Virus record (IMG/VR): IMGVR_UViG_3300036770_008702
Location: 1 to 64,000 of that record
From: a virus
DNA length: 64,000 bases
Reading direction: 5' to 3' (one strand)
Numbering within the stretch: the stretch's first letter is position 1; each line of letters begins with the position of its first letter. The notes beneath the pieces are model-generated. The model was not told where the DNA came from. It searched no databases and worked only from the letters and a program-made list of their open reading frames with translations. Made by a program: the position numbers and the translations under genes. Shown piece by piece: positions 9,240 to 19,062 of the stretch.

Positions 9240-9955
9240 GCCGCCAGGGGCATGTGGGAGTCGACACCAAGAGTAAACCTCACGGCTTGGTCTACACCCG
9301 CTTCATCAGTCCCGAAGAATGCAGCGACCTTTGCAGAGTTGCCCTTCTCGCCACGCCAAGCATCAAAAAGAGCGTCAGCCGGAGCACCACTAGTCAATTC
9401 GATCGGTCTACCAAAAGAGCGGTGCGGATCAACGACAATTCTGGGGTACCGTGTATTTGGAGTCCATTGTCGGGCAACATCACCTTCGTAAGAGACGCTG
9501 GCAATGAAAGTATCGACTAGCACATCATAGATGGCGAAGTTATCGCCAACGAGATCGTACAGCGCCAAATCTCCAGTTTCTTCCTGCGCCTCAGCAAAGA
9601 TTCGCCGCCCGTCCGTGTGGATGCGCCGAACAGCGAAGGGGTGTTCGTTCTTAAGAACTCGCCGCGCGGTCTCAGCTGCGGTGCGAATAGCCTTCCAGCT
9701 AGGCGATCGACCTTGCCGTTCGGCCGCTCGGACGATCCGACCAAGAAAATCCACCTCTAGCAGGTCCAGAAAGCCCAGAGCGAGCTCGCCCTCCCTTAAC
9801 TCATGCTGACGCTTGAGGACCGGCGGCGCAGCAGCTTTTCCTTTGCGCTGTCCATAGCCCAGCAGCCAACCCCGGATCTGCCGTGAGGGCACTCCGGTCA
9901 GCCGGGCGGCGTCTGAGACGCTGTAGATGCCAAGCGCAGCTGAAATGGCGTTCAC
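9236..9955 (-). CDS. HTH + DUF433-like antitoxin (VapB45-like)
   Basis: GIYSVSDAARLTGV HTH, FLDLLE, IVVDPHRSFGRPI; GTG start with GAGGAGG RBS. Confidence 0.8.
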   Translation of the reverse strand: MNAISAALGIYSVSDAARLTGVPSRQIRGWLLGYGQRKGKAAAPPVLKRQHELREGELALGFLDLLEVDFLGRIVRAAERQGRSPSWKAIRTAAETARRVLKNEHPFAVRRIHTDGRRIFAEAQEETGDLALYDLVGDNFAIYDVLVDTFIASVSYEGDVARQWTPNTRYPRIVVDPHRSFGRPIELTSGAPADALFDAWRGEKGNSAKVAAFFGTDEAGVDQAVRFTLGVDSHMPLAA

Positions 9956-9977
9956 CAGTACCCTCCTCGTCCGTACG

Positions 9978-10568
9978 CTAGCACGGCATCTTCGATGAGG
10001 GAATCGGTAGCGGAGGCGGTCGTTCCCTTGTCTCGGGTCCGTCACCATCCAGTCGGAAATGGCGCGCCAGCACCGCCAGCGTGGCCGTCAGCATGCCCTG
10101 CGCCTGTGCAGCCGGCACGACACGTCCACCCCAGCCCTGTCGCATGGACCATTCCCGAACCGAGCTCTGGCAGCCCAAGACGTGCCAGGCGCACGAACCG
10201 GCGGCGCTGTCGTGACCGCCCAGCACGTCCATCGCCTCGGCAACGCGCAGGCCGGCGGTGATGTGGTGGTCTGAAGGGCCAGGGGGCGTCACACCCGCCG
10301 TGCGCACCAGCGACGACACGCCGATGGAGCCCAGCTGCGCCATGCGGAACAGGTGACGGAAGTGGATGCCGGCCTTGTGCATCTCCGGAGTGATGGTGCC
10401 GTTTTTCAGCATCTGGCCAAGCGTGTCGACGGCGCGGTGGCGGTGGGCCCCTGCGTCGGGTTCTGGGGCAGCCTGCTCGACGTCGCCATGCTGGAGGCGC
10501 CACCGACTGGGGTTGCCCTGCTCCTCGGATGCAACCGGGATGCGCCGGGGCCGCCGCTTAGTCGCCAT
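9978..10568 (-). CDS. DUF6456-like protein, putative late regulator
   Basis: GTITPEMHKAG..F; AWHVLGCQSSVREW; typical position before the packaging genes. Confidence 0.7.
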   Translation of the reverse strand: MATKRRPRRIPVASEEQGNPSRWRLQHGDVEQAAPEPDAGAHRHRAVDTLGQMLKNGTITPEMHKAGIHFRHLFRMAQLGSIGVSSLVRTAGVTPPGPSDHHITAGLRVAEAMDVLGGHDSAAGSCAWHVLGCQSSVREWSMRQGWGGRVVPAAQAQGMLTATLAVLARHFRLDGDGPETRERPPPLPIPSSKMPC

Positions 10569-10797
10569 TGCTCTGCCCTCCGCGGCGCGGACCCCACCGC
10601 CGCGTCGCTTCGTTGGTGACCGCCTGGCGCAGCCAGGGGTCTGTGATGTCAGCGACCGCGAGTACCGCGACGCCCTGCTGCAGCCAAGCTCGCCGGCGCA
10701 GTTCGTGGAGGGACAGGACTGGGAATGGTCCTGCGGCGGAGGCAAGGCTCAGGCAGGAACGGGGTGCCCGTGGTGCCCCGGGAAGGTTGATGCTCAT
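10558..10797 (-). CDS. Phage hypothetical protein, 79 aa
   Basis: Overlaps next gene; LRRRAWLQQGVAVL..I.DPWLRQ motif. Confidence 0.6.
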   Translation of the reverse strand: MSINLPGAPRAPRSCLSLASAAGPFPVLSLHELRRRAWLQQGVAVLAVADITDPWLRQAVTNEATRRWGPRRGGQSNGD

Positions 10798-10930
10798 GAC
10801 AGCCGTCGATCTTTCTGCTGTAGGGGAATAGGTTTGTCCTCTGCGGCCATGTGGCCATCACAATGGCTGGGTTGGCCCGACCAAGCCCTGCCACCGGGGG
10901 GAGCGCGTGTGTCGTTTAGACTCACACGCA

Positions 10931-11158
10931 CTCCCCCCGTAGGGGGGCGGAAAGTTTGGCAACTTGGCAACTTACCTAACCAATTGATTAGGTTGGGTGT
11001 TTTGAAGTTGACATAGTTGACAGGCCAAGTTGACATTTGGCAACTTGCCACGCCAGTTAGGCCATTGATCTAAATGGTGAAATCAAGTTGCCAAGTTGCC
11101 AGAGAGGGGGGAGTTGCCAATGTCAACTTGGTAGTTGCCAGACTTGTTTTGGCAACTT
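10931..11158. repeat. Iteron-like cluster, probable replication origin
   Basis: About 12 copies of AGTTG(C/A)CA in both orientations plus a CCCCCCGTAGGGGGG palindrome, immediately 3' of the primase-helicase. Confidence 0.75.
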
Positions 11159-11182
11159 CCCGTTGCCCTGCGAGGACGGCCC

Positions 11183-13429
11183 TCATGGGTCCATCTCTCC
11201 CTCGGCATAGACCCAAACCTCGGGGTTCTCGACCTCAAGCACGGCACCGGACTCGGCCGCTTTGAAGTGGCTGGGCAGCACACGACGGAGCGTGAGGGTG
11301 ACCTCGCCGGTCTCCGGATCGACGCTTTCCCCGTCTGGCCCAAAGACCATGCCTTCGACGACCAGGTAACCGCGCGTGGAGGTGGAGGCGGGCAAGTCGA
11401 AGGGCCGCGCGTCGCGGAGGAACTTGATGTAGCCCTTGGTGGCCAGGGTGCTGATCCGCTCGCGGATGGTGCTGGTTCCGCCGAGCCCGGCCTGGTTGTC
11501 GAACTTCTCGGCGAACTGCCGGCCGGTGTAGAGACGACCTGCCCTTGCCTCGTCGAACAGCAACTGGACGATGACGTCGCGTTTCCGGTCCCGCTCGGCG
11601 TCCATCTTCGCACCCGCCTCTTGACGCACTATGCGTTCACTGGACCGCTCGATCTGCACCCAATGCCCGCGACGTTTGTCGACGACGATCGGATCGAGTG
11701 CCGGACCATTGCGCAGTTCGAAGTGCAGTTCCCGCTCCTGCCGCGCCTCGTCCGGGCGGAACAGGATCATGCCAGTGGTATAGAAGCCACGCAGGGCGCT
11801 GGCACCAGAGAGGGCCAGGAAAGGGTCGTCCCTCACCTGTGTCTTGGACAACTTCTTTGTGTGGTGGGCAAGGATGATCCCGGCCAAGGGAGCTACCTTG
11901 TCGCGAAGGACTTCGACGCGTTCCTGCAGGAAGAACAACATAGCACTGTTGTCGTTTTCGCCATCACCACCAGGACCGCCGTCAAACAGGTTGCGGATCG
12001 GGTCGACGCAAATGATGTCGGGAGGGGCGCCTGGGAATGCCGCGGCGATGGCGGTGGCCACGAGATCAACACCGCGCTCGTCCAGGAGCAGCTTCAGCTT
12101 CGGCGTGACCACCAGATTGTCGGCTGCCGCGGCGACGACCGCCGGGTCAAGCTTGAGCTGCTGCAACCGCTCCCGGAGATAATGGTATTGGATCTCGGCT
12201 TGGAGAAAGAACACCCGCAATGGGCGCGGGGCGGTGAAACACAGGAAGGGGACACCGGCGGCGGCATGGAGCAGCAGGCTGATCAGGAAGTCTGACTTGC
12301 CAACCTTCGGAGCACCACCGAGGACGAGCATGCCACCTGGCGTCAGCACCCTGGGACCGACGAGGTCCTGTGGCATGGGCGAGTTGTCGGCCAGCAGTGA
12401 GCGAAGGCTGTAGCTGGTCAACGTGCCAGATGCCGACGACCTGGCCTTTGGCGGGGTGGGGGGACCGTTCTTCTCGAAATGGAGTTTCCAGAGGCGTTTC
12501 ATCTCGACCTGAAGCCGCTCGATCGGCCACGGTGGTCGCAACATTGCCTCGTTATATCCGCAGATAGCCTCCCAGCCCTCGTCACGGCTCAGCCGGCCTT
12601 GGTGCATCAGCCTGACGTAGTAGCCGATCGCTGCACTGGCCCCCTGGAAGCGTGTCCACTCATCCTGGCCACCTTCCCGCACGGGCGTGGTGAGGGCAGC
12701 GTCCACATGGGGCTTGATGGGGCCCGTTGCAGCGCCACGAGGCTCGGCAGCCACCAGGGAGGGCATCGTCGCAGCCGCGCTCACCATGTCATCCAGGTTC
12801 AGCTCGACCTGAGGCGAATGGTCGACAACCCGGACCAGACGGCTGACATCGTTCTTATTGTGGATGCTGCCCGCAACACGGATCGGCTGGTGCGCGGAGC
12901 CGAAATGTGAGTCCCCCCCGACCTTGGCCGCGATCTCGGCACGCAGCCGGCACAGGCGAGTGATGTCTTCTCCCTCAGCGGGCTCCGACAGCTTCCACCA
13001 GACATGGAGCTTGTCGGCTCCCTCGTCGGTGCGGCCGCCACTGGCCACCAGCAGTGTCGGCTCGCCGAGGTGGCGGCGGAGATGATCGAGTTTCAGAGGA
13101 ACGTCGCCGGAATCGAGATCGACCACCACCGACTGCATCTGCCGCACGTCGGCGGCGCGCCCCTGGCCCTGTTGTGCAACGACGCCCGGCACCACGTAGA
13201 ACGCCATCCGCACCCGCGCGGCTTCGGCAGCGTGATGCGCAAGTTGGTCGGCCGCAGTGTCGTCGTTGCTGATCCAGATGGTGCGGGGCTGCTGGTCGGA
13301 CGACTGCCCCTTCTCCGCGAACATCCGGATCGGGATCTCACCGTCGAGGTAGCTGAACACGACGTCGGTGAAGGTCGTGACCATGGCGGGATCCACCGCC
13401 AAGGCGTCGGTGGCTCCCCCAGCGGTCAC
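11183..13429 (-). CDS. RepB-like primase fused to an AAA_25 (RepA-like) helicase
   Basis: VVDLD, SGG...KLHVWW, IRVAGS.H.K; GGAPKVGKS Walker A, ICVDP, HHTKK, SGASAL. Confidence 0.88.
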   Translation of the reverse strand: MTAGGATDALAVDPAMVTTFTDVVFSYLDGEIPIRMFAEKGQSSDQQPRTIWISNDDTAADQLAHHAAEAARVRMAFYVVPGVVAQQGQGRAADVRQMQSVVVDLDSGDVPLKLDHLRRHLGEPTLLVASGGRTDEGADKLHVWWKLSEPAEGEDITRLCRLRAEIAAKVGGDSHFGSAHQPIRVAGSIHNKNDVSRLVRVVDHSPQVELNLDDMVSAAATMPSLVAAEPRGAATGPIKPHVDAALTTPVREGGQDEWTRFQGASAAIGYYVRLMHQGRLSRDEGWEAICGYNEAMLRPPWPIERLQVEMKRLWKLHFEKNGPPTPPKARSSASGTLTSYSLRSLLADNSPMPQDLVGPRVLTPGGMLVLGGAPKVGKSDFLISLLLHAAAGVPFLCFTAPRPLRVFFLQAEIQYHYLRERLQQLKLDPAVVAAAADNLVVTPKLKLLLDERGVDLVATAIAAAFPGAPPDIICVDPIRNLFDGGPGGDGENDNSAMLFFLQERVEVLRDKVAPLAGIILAHHTKKLSKTQVRDDPFLALSGASALRGFYTTGMILFRPDEARQERELHFELRNGPALDPIVVDKRRGHWVQIERSSERIVRQEAGAKMDAERDRKRDVIVQLLFDEARAGRLYTGRQFAEKFDNQAGLGGTSTIRERISTLATKGYIKFLRDARPFDLPASTSTRGYLVVEGMVFGPDGESVDPETGEVTLTLRRVLPSHFKAAESGAVLEVENPEVWVYAEGEMDP

Positions 13430-13767
13430 CGCTGCGACACCAGGTGCAGTTGGCTTCGTTCATATGCCTCGATATCTGCAAGCCGGTACAGCACGCGGCC
13501 ACCAACTTTCAGATAGGGCGGACCCTGCCGGAGCCACCGCCACCGCTCCAGGCTTCGGGGAGAGATGCGCCACCGACGTGCGACGGCGTTCTGGTCAAGA
13601 TGCTGAACTGGCGACTCGCCAGCCAGAGGTGTTTCGTCGAACAGGGCGAGCGGCCTCTGAAGCGACGGCAATTCGGTGCGGGCGGCGCATGCTCCCCCGG
13701 TATTGCCAGTCGCCGGCTGGTCAACCGGCCGTTGCCTGGTGGTGGAGTTGAGAAGAAGATTTCGCAA
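13426..13767 (-). CDS. Excisionase-like HTH DNA-binding protein
   Basis: LDQNAVARRWRISPRSLERWRWLRQGPPYLKVGGRVLYR. Confidence 0.85.
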   Translation of the reverse strand: MRNLLLNSTTRQRPVDQPATGNTGGACAARTELPSLQRPLALFDETPLAGESPVQHLDQNAVARRWRISPRSLERWRWLRQGPPYLKVGGRVLYRLADIEAYERSQLHLVSQR

Positions 13768-13881
13768 TGGGGAACCTCGGTGGCGGACGTCCGTCCGTGC
13801 TGCTGAGGTTTCCGATCCTGCACATGGCGCTAGCCGTGGCGATAGCGCACAGGCGCACGAAGGCGCACGGACTTCCGTGCG

Positions 13882-14595
13882 CTACCTGTCGTTGCGCAAG
13901 CCTTTGGCGCGATTAGGATTCTTCAGCTTAGTAGGAAGCTGCGCGTGCAGCCGCTCAACGTCTCGTGCAGTTGCAATGTTCTCTCGCGTCACGGCATCGC
14001 GGGCTTCGTCGCGTGTCGCCGGCTTCCCTGATTCGAGGGCACGAACGGCATAGCCAATCAGGAACCACTCCAGTTGCTGGTCGGTCACGGCCTTGAGGAC
14101 ATCGCTCTGACGCCGGGGCCAGTCCGCAGGGCGCTCGACAGGTGGAAGTGGGATCTCTGTCTCGTCGAGCCACACGGCAAGATCGGAATGCGCCAGCAAC
14201 GGCGTTCCCCATGCCGCATAGCCCCCACGTTGCGACAACACCGGAATGTCGTTGCCCTGCCGAGCTTCGTCGAAGGGAACACGAGCGGGAATGGCTGGTG
14301 CAGTGCGCTCCCGCTTCCAGTAGTCGTTGTATCCAATGACGCGTGTTGGATCATCAGGCCGGGCGAAAAGCCTGCGCCACGCAGCAGGCAATACAGACAC
14401 CAGTTCGCCATCTGCCTTACGAACAGCCGCCGCCAACAGTTCACCGCACTTGAGCGCCTCATGAACGAGGGCACCAGCATCTCCAACGGACCGATCAGGA
14501 TCAGGACCCTCAGATGCAAGCCGTCTCTCGGCTGCGACCTGTGTGGCTTCCACTGCCCGGCCGATGGTCACGTATCCCTTAGGCGGCACAAACAT
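13882..14595 (-). CDS. Hypothetical protein (possible regulator)
   Basis: 237-aa ORF between the HTH gene and the recombinase operon. Confidence 0.65.
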   Translation of the reverse strand: MFVPPKGYVTIGRAVEATQVAAERRLASEGPDPDRSVGDAGALVHEALKCGELLAAAVRKADGELVSVLPAAWRRLFARPDDPTRVIGYNDYWKRERTAPAIPARVPFDEARQGNDIPVLSQRGGYAAWGTPLLAHSDLAVWLDETEIPLPPVERPADWPRRQSDVLKAVTDQQLEWFLIGYAVRALESGKPATRDEARDAVTRENIATARDVERLHAQLPTKLKNPNRAKGLRNDR

Positions 14596-14832
14596 CCGGT
14601 CTTGCGACTCCGCGCTTCATTGCTGGTCCGCCCCGAGATTGCTCCCTGCTTGGGACCCTAGCCTCGAGCCGGCGTCGACCTGCCGACACTCGGAAACGCC
14701 GAGTCGCGCCGCCACTCGCAATTATGCCTCCTTCGCAGGTCTTCGCACCACTACATTTGTTTTCGCACCCCTTCGCTAAGAGACTGTTATTGCTTGTGTC
14801 TATGCCTCAGCACCGACACTTTGCGTCGAACC

Positions 14833-15042
14833 ATGCGCAAAAGCCCCAGCTCATCCCACCTCCCACCTCACCTCCGCGAGGTCTGCGCCATCCTGGCCGC
14901 GGGCCTGCTGCGGCTGCGCAGCCGCACGGCCGAGGATTGTGCCCGCGACGCCGCGGAGACCGGGGACCACGGAGAGTTTCGCCTACACTACCTGCCCCAC
15001 CAGCGCGGTCATGCAACCCGGACCAACCGGAGAGACGCATGA
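14833..15042 (+). CDS. Small hypothetical protein preceding DUF2924
   Basis: EVCAILAAGLLRLR motif; ATGA overlap with next gene. Confidence 0.65.
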   Translation: MRKSPSSSHLPPHLREVCAILAAGLLRLRSRTAEDCARDAAETGDHGEFRLHYLPHQRGHATRTNRRDA

Positions 15043-15551
15043 CCAGACTGGCCAAAACCAAGGGCGCCACATCCACCGCCGCGCCCACCACGTTTCCCGC
15101 CATCCCGCCGGCCGACGTGCTGGGGCGCCTGGCGGCCCTGAAGACGGCGCCGGCCGCGGAACTGCAGGCGCAGTGGCGCGAACTGTTCGGCAAGGAGGCG
15201 CCGCCGCACAACCGGGCCTTCCTGCAGAGCCGGCTCGCTTACCGGGTCCAAGAGCTTGCGTATGGTGGCTTGAAACCGGAGACGCTGCGGCGCCTTGAGG
15301 CGCTGGGTGAGCAACTGGACGGCGGCAACCCGGTGCTGCGGCGCATCCGGGTCGACGACAAGCCGGTCACCGGCACCAAGCTGGTGCGGAACCACCAGGG
15401 CGTCGAGCACACCATCACCGTGCTGGCCGACGGGTATTCCTGGGAGGGCCGGCCCTACAAATCGCTGTCGGCTATCGCGCGCGCCATCACCGGCACGCGC
15501 TGGAATGGCTGGACGTTCTTCGGCATTGCGAACCGGCGGGGGGCAGCATGA
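15039..15551 (+). CDS. DUF2924 domain protein
   Basis: RLAYRVQELAYGGL; YKSLSAIARAITGTRWNGWTFFG. Confidence 0.92.
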   Translation: MTRLAKTKGATSTAAPTTFPAIPPADVLGRLAALKTAPAAELQAQWRELFGKEAPPHNRAFLQSRLAYRVQELAYGGLKPETLRRLEALGEQLDGGNPVLRRIRVDDKPVTGTKLVRNHQGVEHTITVLADGYSWEGRPYKSLSAIARAITGTRWNGWTFFGIANRRGAA

Positions 15552-16897
15552 GCCGGACATCTGGACTTCCCACCGGCGGGAAGTCGACGGCCGCACCGCC
15601 TGTCCGTAAGGTCCGCTGCGCCGTCTACACCCGGAAATCCACCGACGAGGGGCTGGAGAAGGAATTCAACAGCCTCGACGCCCAGCGGGAATCCTGCGAG
15701 GCGTACATCGCCAGCCAGCGTCCTGAAGGCTGGGTGCTGGTGCCGGACTACTACGACGACGGCGGCGTCTCTGGCGGCACGCTGGAACGCCCGGCGCTGC
15801 AACGGCTGATCCAGGATATCGAGGCGGATCGTATCGATGTTGTTGTGGTTTACAAGATCGATCGCCTAAGCCGCTCCCTGATGCACTTTGCCAAGCTGGT
15901 CGAGACCTTCGACGCCCACAACGTGACCTTTGTTTCGGTGACGCAGTCGTTTAACACGACAACGAGCATGGGCCGGCTGACGCTGAACATCTTGCTCAGC
16001 TTCGCCCAATTCGAACGCGAGGTCATTGGCGAACGCGTGCGCGACAAGATCGCCGCCTCGAAGGCGCGTGGCATGTGGATGGGCGGGCCCGTGCCGCTGG
16101 GTTACGACGTCCGCGATCGCAAGCTGGTGGTGAACGAGGTCGAAGCCGCGACGGTGCGGCGGGTGTTCGAAGCCTTCGCCACGATCGGCTCGGCCACGCA
16201 GCTGGTGCCAGCACTCCGTGCCGAGGGTCTGCTCACCAAGATGGGCCGCCCATTCGACAAGGGGGCGATCTACAAGACGCTGAACCTCCGTACGTACCTC
16301 GGCGTCGTGACCCACCAGGGAAAGGTCTACCCTGGCGAGCATCAGGCCATCGTGACCCAGGAGCTATGGGACCGGGTGCACGACATCATGCGGGAGAGCC
16401 CGCGCGTCCGCGCGAACCAGTCCCGCCGCCAGACACCGGCGATGCTGCGCGGGTTGATCTTCGGGCCGGACGGGCGGGCGCTGTCGCCGACGCATACCCG
16501 TCGCAGGGGCAAGCTGTACACTTACTATGTGAGCCAGGCCGTGCTGAAGGGCACCGACGATGGCTGTACGGTCCGGCGCATCTCGGCAGGCGAGATCGAG
16601 ACCGCGGTGATGGAACAGGTGCGGGAGCTCCTCCGGCAACCCGAGGTGGTGATCGGCACGTGGCAGGCGGCGCTGGCGGAGGCGCCGGACCTGACTGAGG
16701 CTGAGACCCGTGACGCGCTGGAGCAGCTCGACCCGCTATGGGGGGAGTTGTTCCCGGCTGAGCAGGAACGGATCGTGCGGAGCCTCGTCGAGCGCGTGGA
16801 CATCAGCCCCGCGGGCGCGGACATCCGGCTGCGGCTGGATGGGTTGGCCAGCTTGGTGCGGGACCTGCGGGTATCGTCCGTGCGTGCGGCCGCCTGA
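15548..16897 (+). CDS. Large serine recombinase/integrase
   Basis: CAVYTRKST, SG..LERPAL, DRLSR, recombinase domain PLGY. Confidence 0.95.
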   Translation: MSRTSGLPTGGKSTAAPPVRKVRCAVYTRKSTDEGLEKEFNSLDAQRESCEAYIASQRPEGWVLVPDYYDDGGVSGGTLERPALQRLIQDIEADRIDVVVVYKIDRLSRSLMHFAKLVETFDAHNVTFVSVTQSFNTTTSMGRLTLNILLSFAQFEREVIGERVRDKIAASKARGMWMGGPVPLGYDVRDRKLVVNEVEAATVRRVFEAFATIGSATQLVPALRAEGLLTKMGRPFDKGAIYKTLNLRTYLGVVTHQGKVYPGEHQAIVTQELWDRVHDIMRESPRVRANQSRRQTPAMLRGLIFGPDGRALSPTHTRRRGKLYTYYVSQAVLKGTDDGCTVRRISAGEIETAVMEQVRELLRQPEVVIGTWQAALAEAPDLTEAETRDALEQLDPLWGELFPAEQERIVRSLVERVDISPAGADIRLRLDGLASLVRDLRVSSVRAAA

Positions 16898-17277
16898 TGT
16901 CGGCCAGCATCACGGTCCGGGTGCCGGTCACCATCCGCAAGCGTGGCGGGCGGCGTCTGGTGGTGGCGCCCGACGGCGCGCCATGGTCGCCGCCAAAGGC
17001 GCGGATTGACAACACGCTCGTCAAGGCATTGGCGCGGGCGCACCGGTGGAGGAAGATGCTGGACGACGGCCGCTACGGGTCGGTCACCGAACTGGCGGCA
17101 GGGGAGAACCTGGATCGGGGCTACCTCGGGAAGATCCTGATGCTGACCCTGCTGGCGCCGGATATTGTCGAGGCGATCCTGGACGGGCGGCAACCGGCGG
17201 AACTCGGGGTGCATGTGCTTCGGGAGGGGTTTCCGGTCGAGTGGGGGGAGCAACGAAACGATCATGCTCTCCGATGA
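16897..17277 (+). CDS. Recombinase-associated hypothetical HTH protein
   Basis: ALARAHRWRKMLDDG...LTLLAPDIVEAILDGRQP. Confidence 0.85.
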   Translation: MSASITVRVPVTIRKRGGRRLVVAPDGAPWSPPKARIDNTLVKALARAHRWRKMLDDGRYGSVTELAAGENLDRGYLGKILMLTLLAPDIVEAILDGRQPAELGVHVLREGFPVEWGEQRNDHALR

Positions 17278-17318
17278 CTAGTTGGTGCTTCTCAGGGTCG
17301 AGCAGTGGCCACATTGAA

Positions 17319-17781
17319 CCCGGATTTCCCGGATGAGCTCCGACTCGCCTGTACGGGACGGCCGAATCTGGCATGAGTATCAGCGTGTTGTCTTCAGTTA
17401 GGGCGCGCGCGGATGGAACACTCAGCGGGTGAATCGGATGATGGGTCCCTGCGGGTCGCTTTTGACCGGCACCTGAAGCTGGAGTTCCACGGCAGTCGGA
17501 TCACTTCGGACGCCGGCTTGCTGGCCTACCGGGAACTCGATGACGCGCTCGGCCTCTCCAATCTGGCGGGCGCGGCGCTGTCGGAATGTCGCCGTGGCAA
17601 GAACATCCGCCATTTGCTGACCGGGCTGTTGCGCCAGGTCGTGTTCGGACGCCCCGCCGGCCATGAGGATGTGACCGACGCCGAGCGCCTCGCCCATGAT
17701 CCCGCGTTGCGCTCTGTGGTGGATCGCACTGGCCTAGATCGCCCGGCGGTGGCACGGCACATGAGCGTGACCGGCGGCTGA
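17319..17781 (+). pseudogene. IS1380-family left end and transposase N-terminal fragment
   Basis: CCCGGATTTCCC end-like sequence at 17319; ORF 17413 FHGSRITSDAGLLAYRELDD...ED..DAERL.HDP. Confidence 0.8.
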
Positions 17782-17785
17782 CGGC

Positions 17786-18451
17786 TCAGGCGGGCAGGTC
17801 GGAGCGCCGGGTGGCGATGATCTCGCGCTGGAGCTTCTGGCGCATGGCCTCCTCGAATTCCGAGAAATCCTGGCAGGTCATGGCAAAGGCGCCGGGGCCA
17901 CCGATGACTTCGGCCTCATAGTGGGCGAGCAGGTCGGGTTCGTCGTGCAAAATGCAGAGCCCGTTGATGGTGACACCCGCGGCCACCAGCGCGTCGCGCA
18001 CCGTGGCGGGCTTCACACCCTGATTCGACTTGCCGTTGCCGACCATGTCGATGACCGATCGGGTCGCGGCGGCAGGCTTGGCTAGAAGCTGGCGGCCACA
18101 GGCGCGCAGCGCCTCGCCAACGGCAGTGGCGCCGTAGGCCCCGATCACGCGCGGCACGTTCTCCACCGCCTCGGCAAAGGAGGCGATCTCGTCGGGCGAG
18201 CCGAGGCGGGTCCAGTCGACCATTACCTCGTAGGCGCCGACGCTCGACCAGATCATCAGCGTGCAGAGGCTGCCGCCGAGCGAGCCGCCGGTCAGACCCT
18301 GTATCACGGATTCATCGCGCAACCCCGCGGCGCACCCGCTGGCCATGAGGCCGAAGCTCTCCACCGAGATGCTGGCGGAGCAGTCGAGCGCAATCACCAG
18401 GGCGAGGTCGACGTCGTCCATCCCATGCTCCTTCCGGTTCATGCTAGCCAT
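17786..18451 (-). CDS. DUF1194 (vWA-like) protein
   Basis: VDLALVIALDCSASI, GVTINGL.I, VIGGPGAF. Confidence 0.9.
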   Translation of the reverse strand: MASMNRKEHGMDDVDLALVIALDCSASISVESFGLMASGCAAGLRDESVIQGLTGGSLGGSLCTLMIWSSVGAYEVMVDWTRLGSPDEIASFAEAVENVPRVIGAYGATAVGEALRACGRQLLAKPAAATRSVIDMVGNGKSNQGVKPATVRDALVAAGVTINGLCILHDEPDLLAHYEAEVIGGPGAFAMTCQDFSEFEEAMRQKLQREIIATRRSDLPA

Positions 18452-18477
18452 GCCGGATCGCCCTACGCGAGCATTGT

Positions 18478-18725
18478 GTGTCCTGCACGCGGTTCGCCGC
18501 CAATGCCGTACGGCTGCAGCTGCACGCGCTGGCCTACAACCTGGCCAACTTCCTGCGCACCCTGGTGCTGCCCGAGGCTGTCTGTCATTGGTCGATGACG
18601 ACGTTACGAGACCGGCTGGTGAAGATCGGCGCGAAGATCGCCCGGCACGGGCGATCGATCGCGTTCCAGATGGCCGAGGTGATGGTCTCTTGTGGGTTGT
18701 TCCAGCAGATACTCGACGCCGTCAG
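18478..18725 (+). pseudogene. IS1380 transposase C-terminal fragment
   Basis: FAANAVRLQLHALAYNLANFLR...LVKIGAK...FQMAEV. Confidence 0.85.
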
Positions 18726-18950
18726 CGCGAGCGCACCGGTGGAAGAAGATGCTGGACGACGGCCGCTACGGGTCGGTCACCGAACTGGCGGCGGGGGAGA
18801 AGCTGGATCGCGGCTACCTCGGGAAGATCCTCATGCTGACGCTGCTGGCCCCGGATATCGTCGAGGCGATCCTGGACGGGCGGCAGCCACCCGAGCTTGG
18901 GGTGCACGTGCTGCGGGAGGGGTTTCCGGTGGAGTGGGAGGAGCAGAGGG
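18726..18950 (+). repeat. Diverged duplicate of the 3' half of gene 16897-17277
   Basis: ARAHRWKKMLDDGRYGSVTELAAGE...REGFPVEW; collinear with ~17032-17253, many synonymous changes. Confidence 0.9.
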
Positions 18951-19062
18951 CGGCGCTTGCACACTGCCGGTCTCTTGGCAGCAATGTCTCGCATCTTCGA
19001 CGCTCGAACGTTGGATCCCCATCACCGACATCACATGCTGCGCGCTGCGCTGAGACCGTTGT

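Noticed and set aside
10931-11158. CRISPR array
   Set aside because: Units are 8-9 bp, irregularly spaced and in both orientations; no cas genes.
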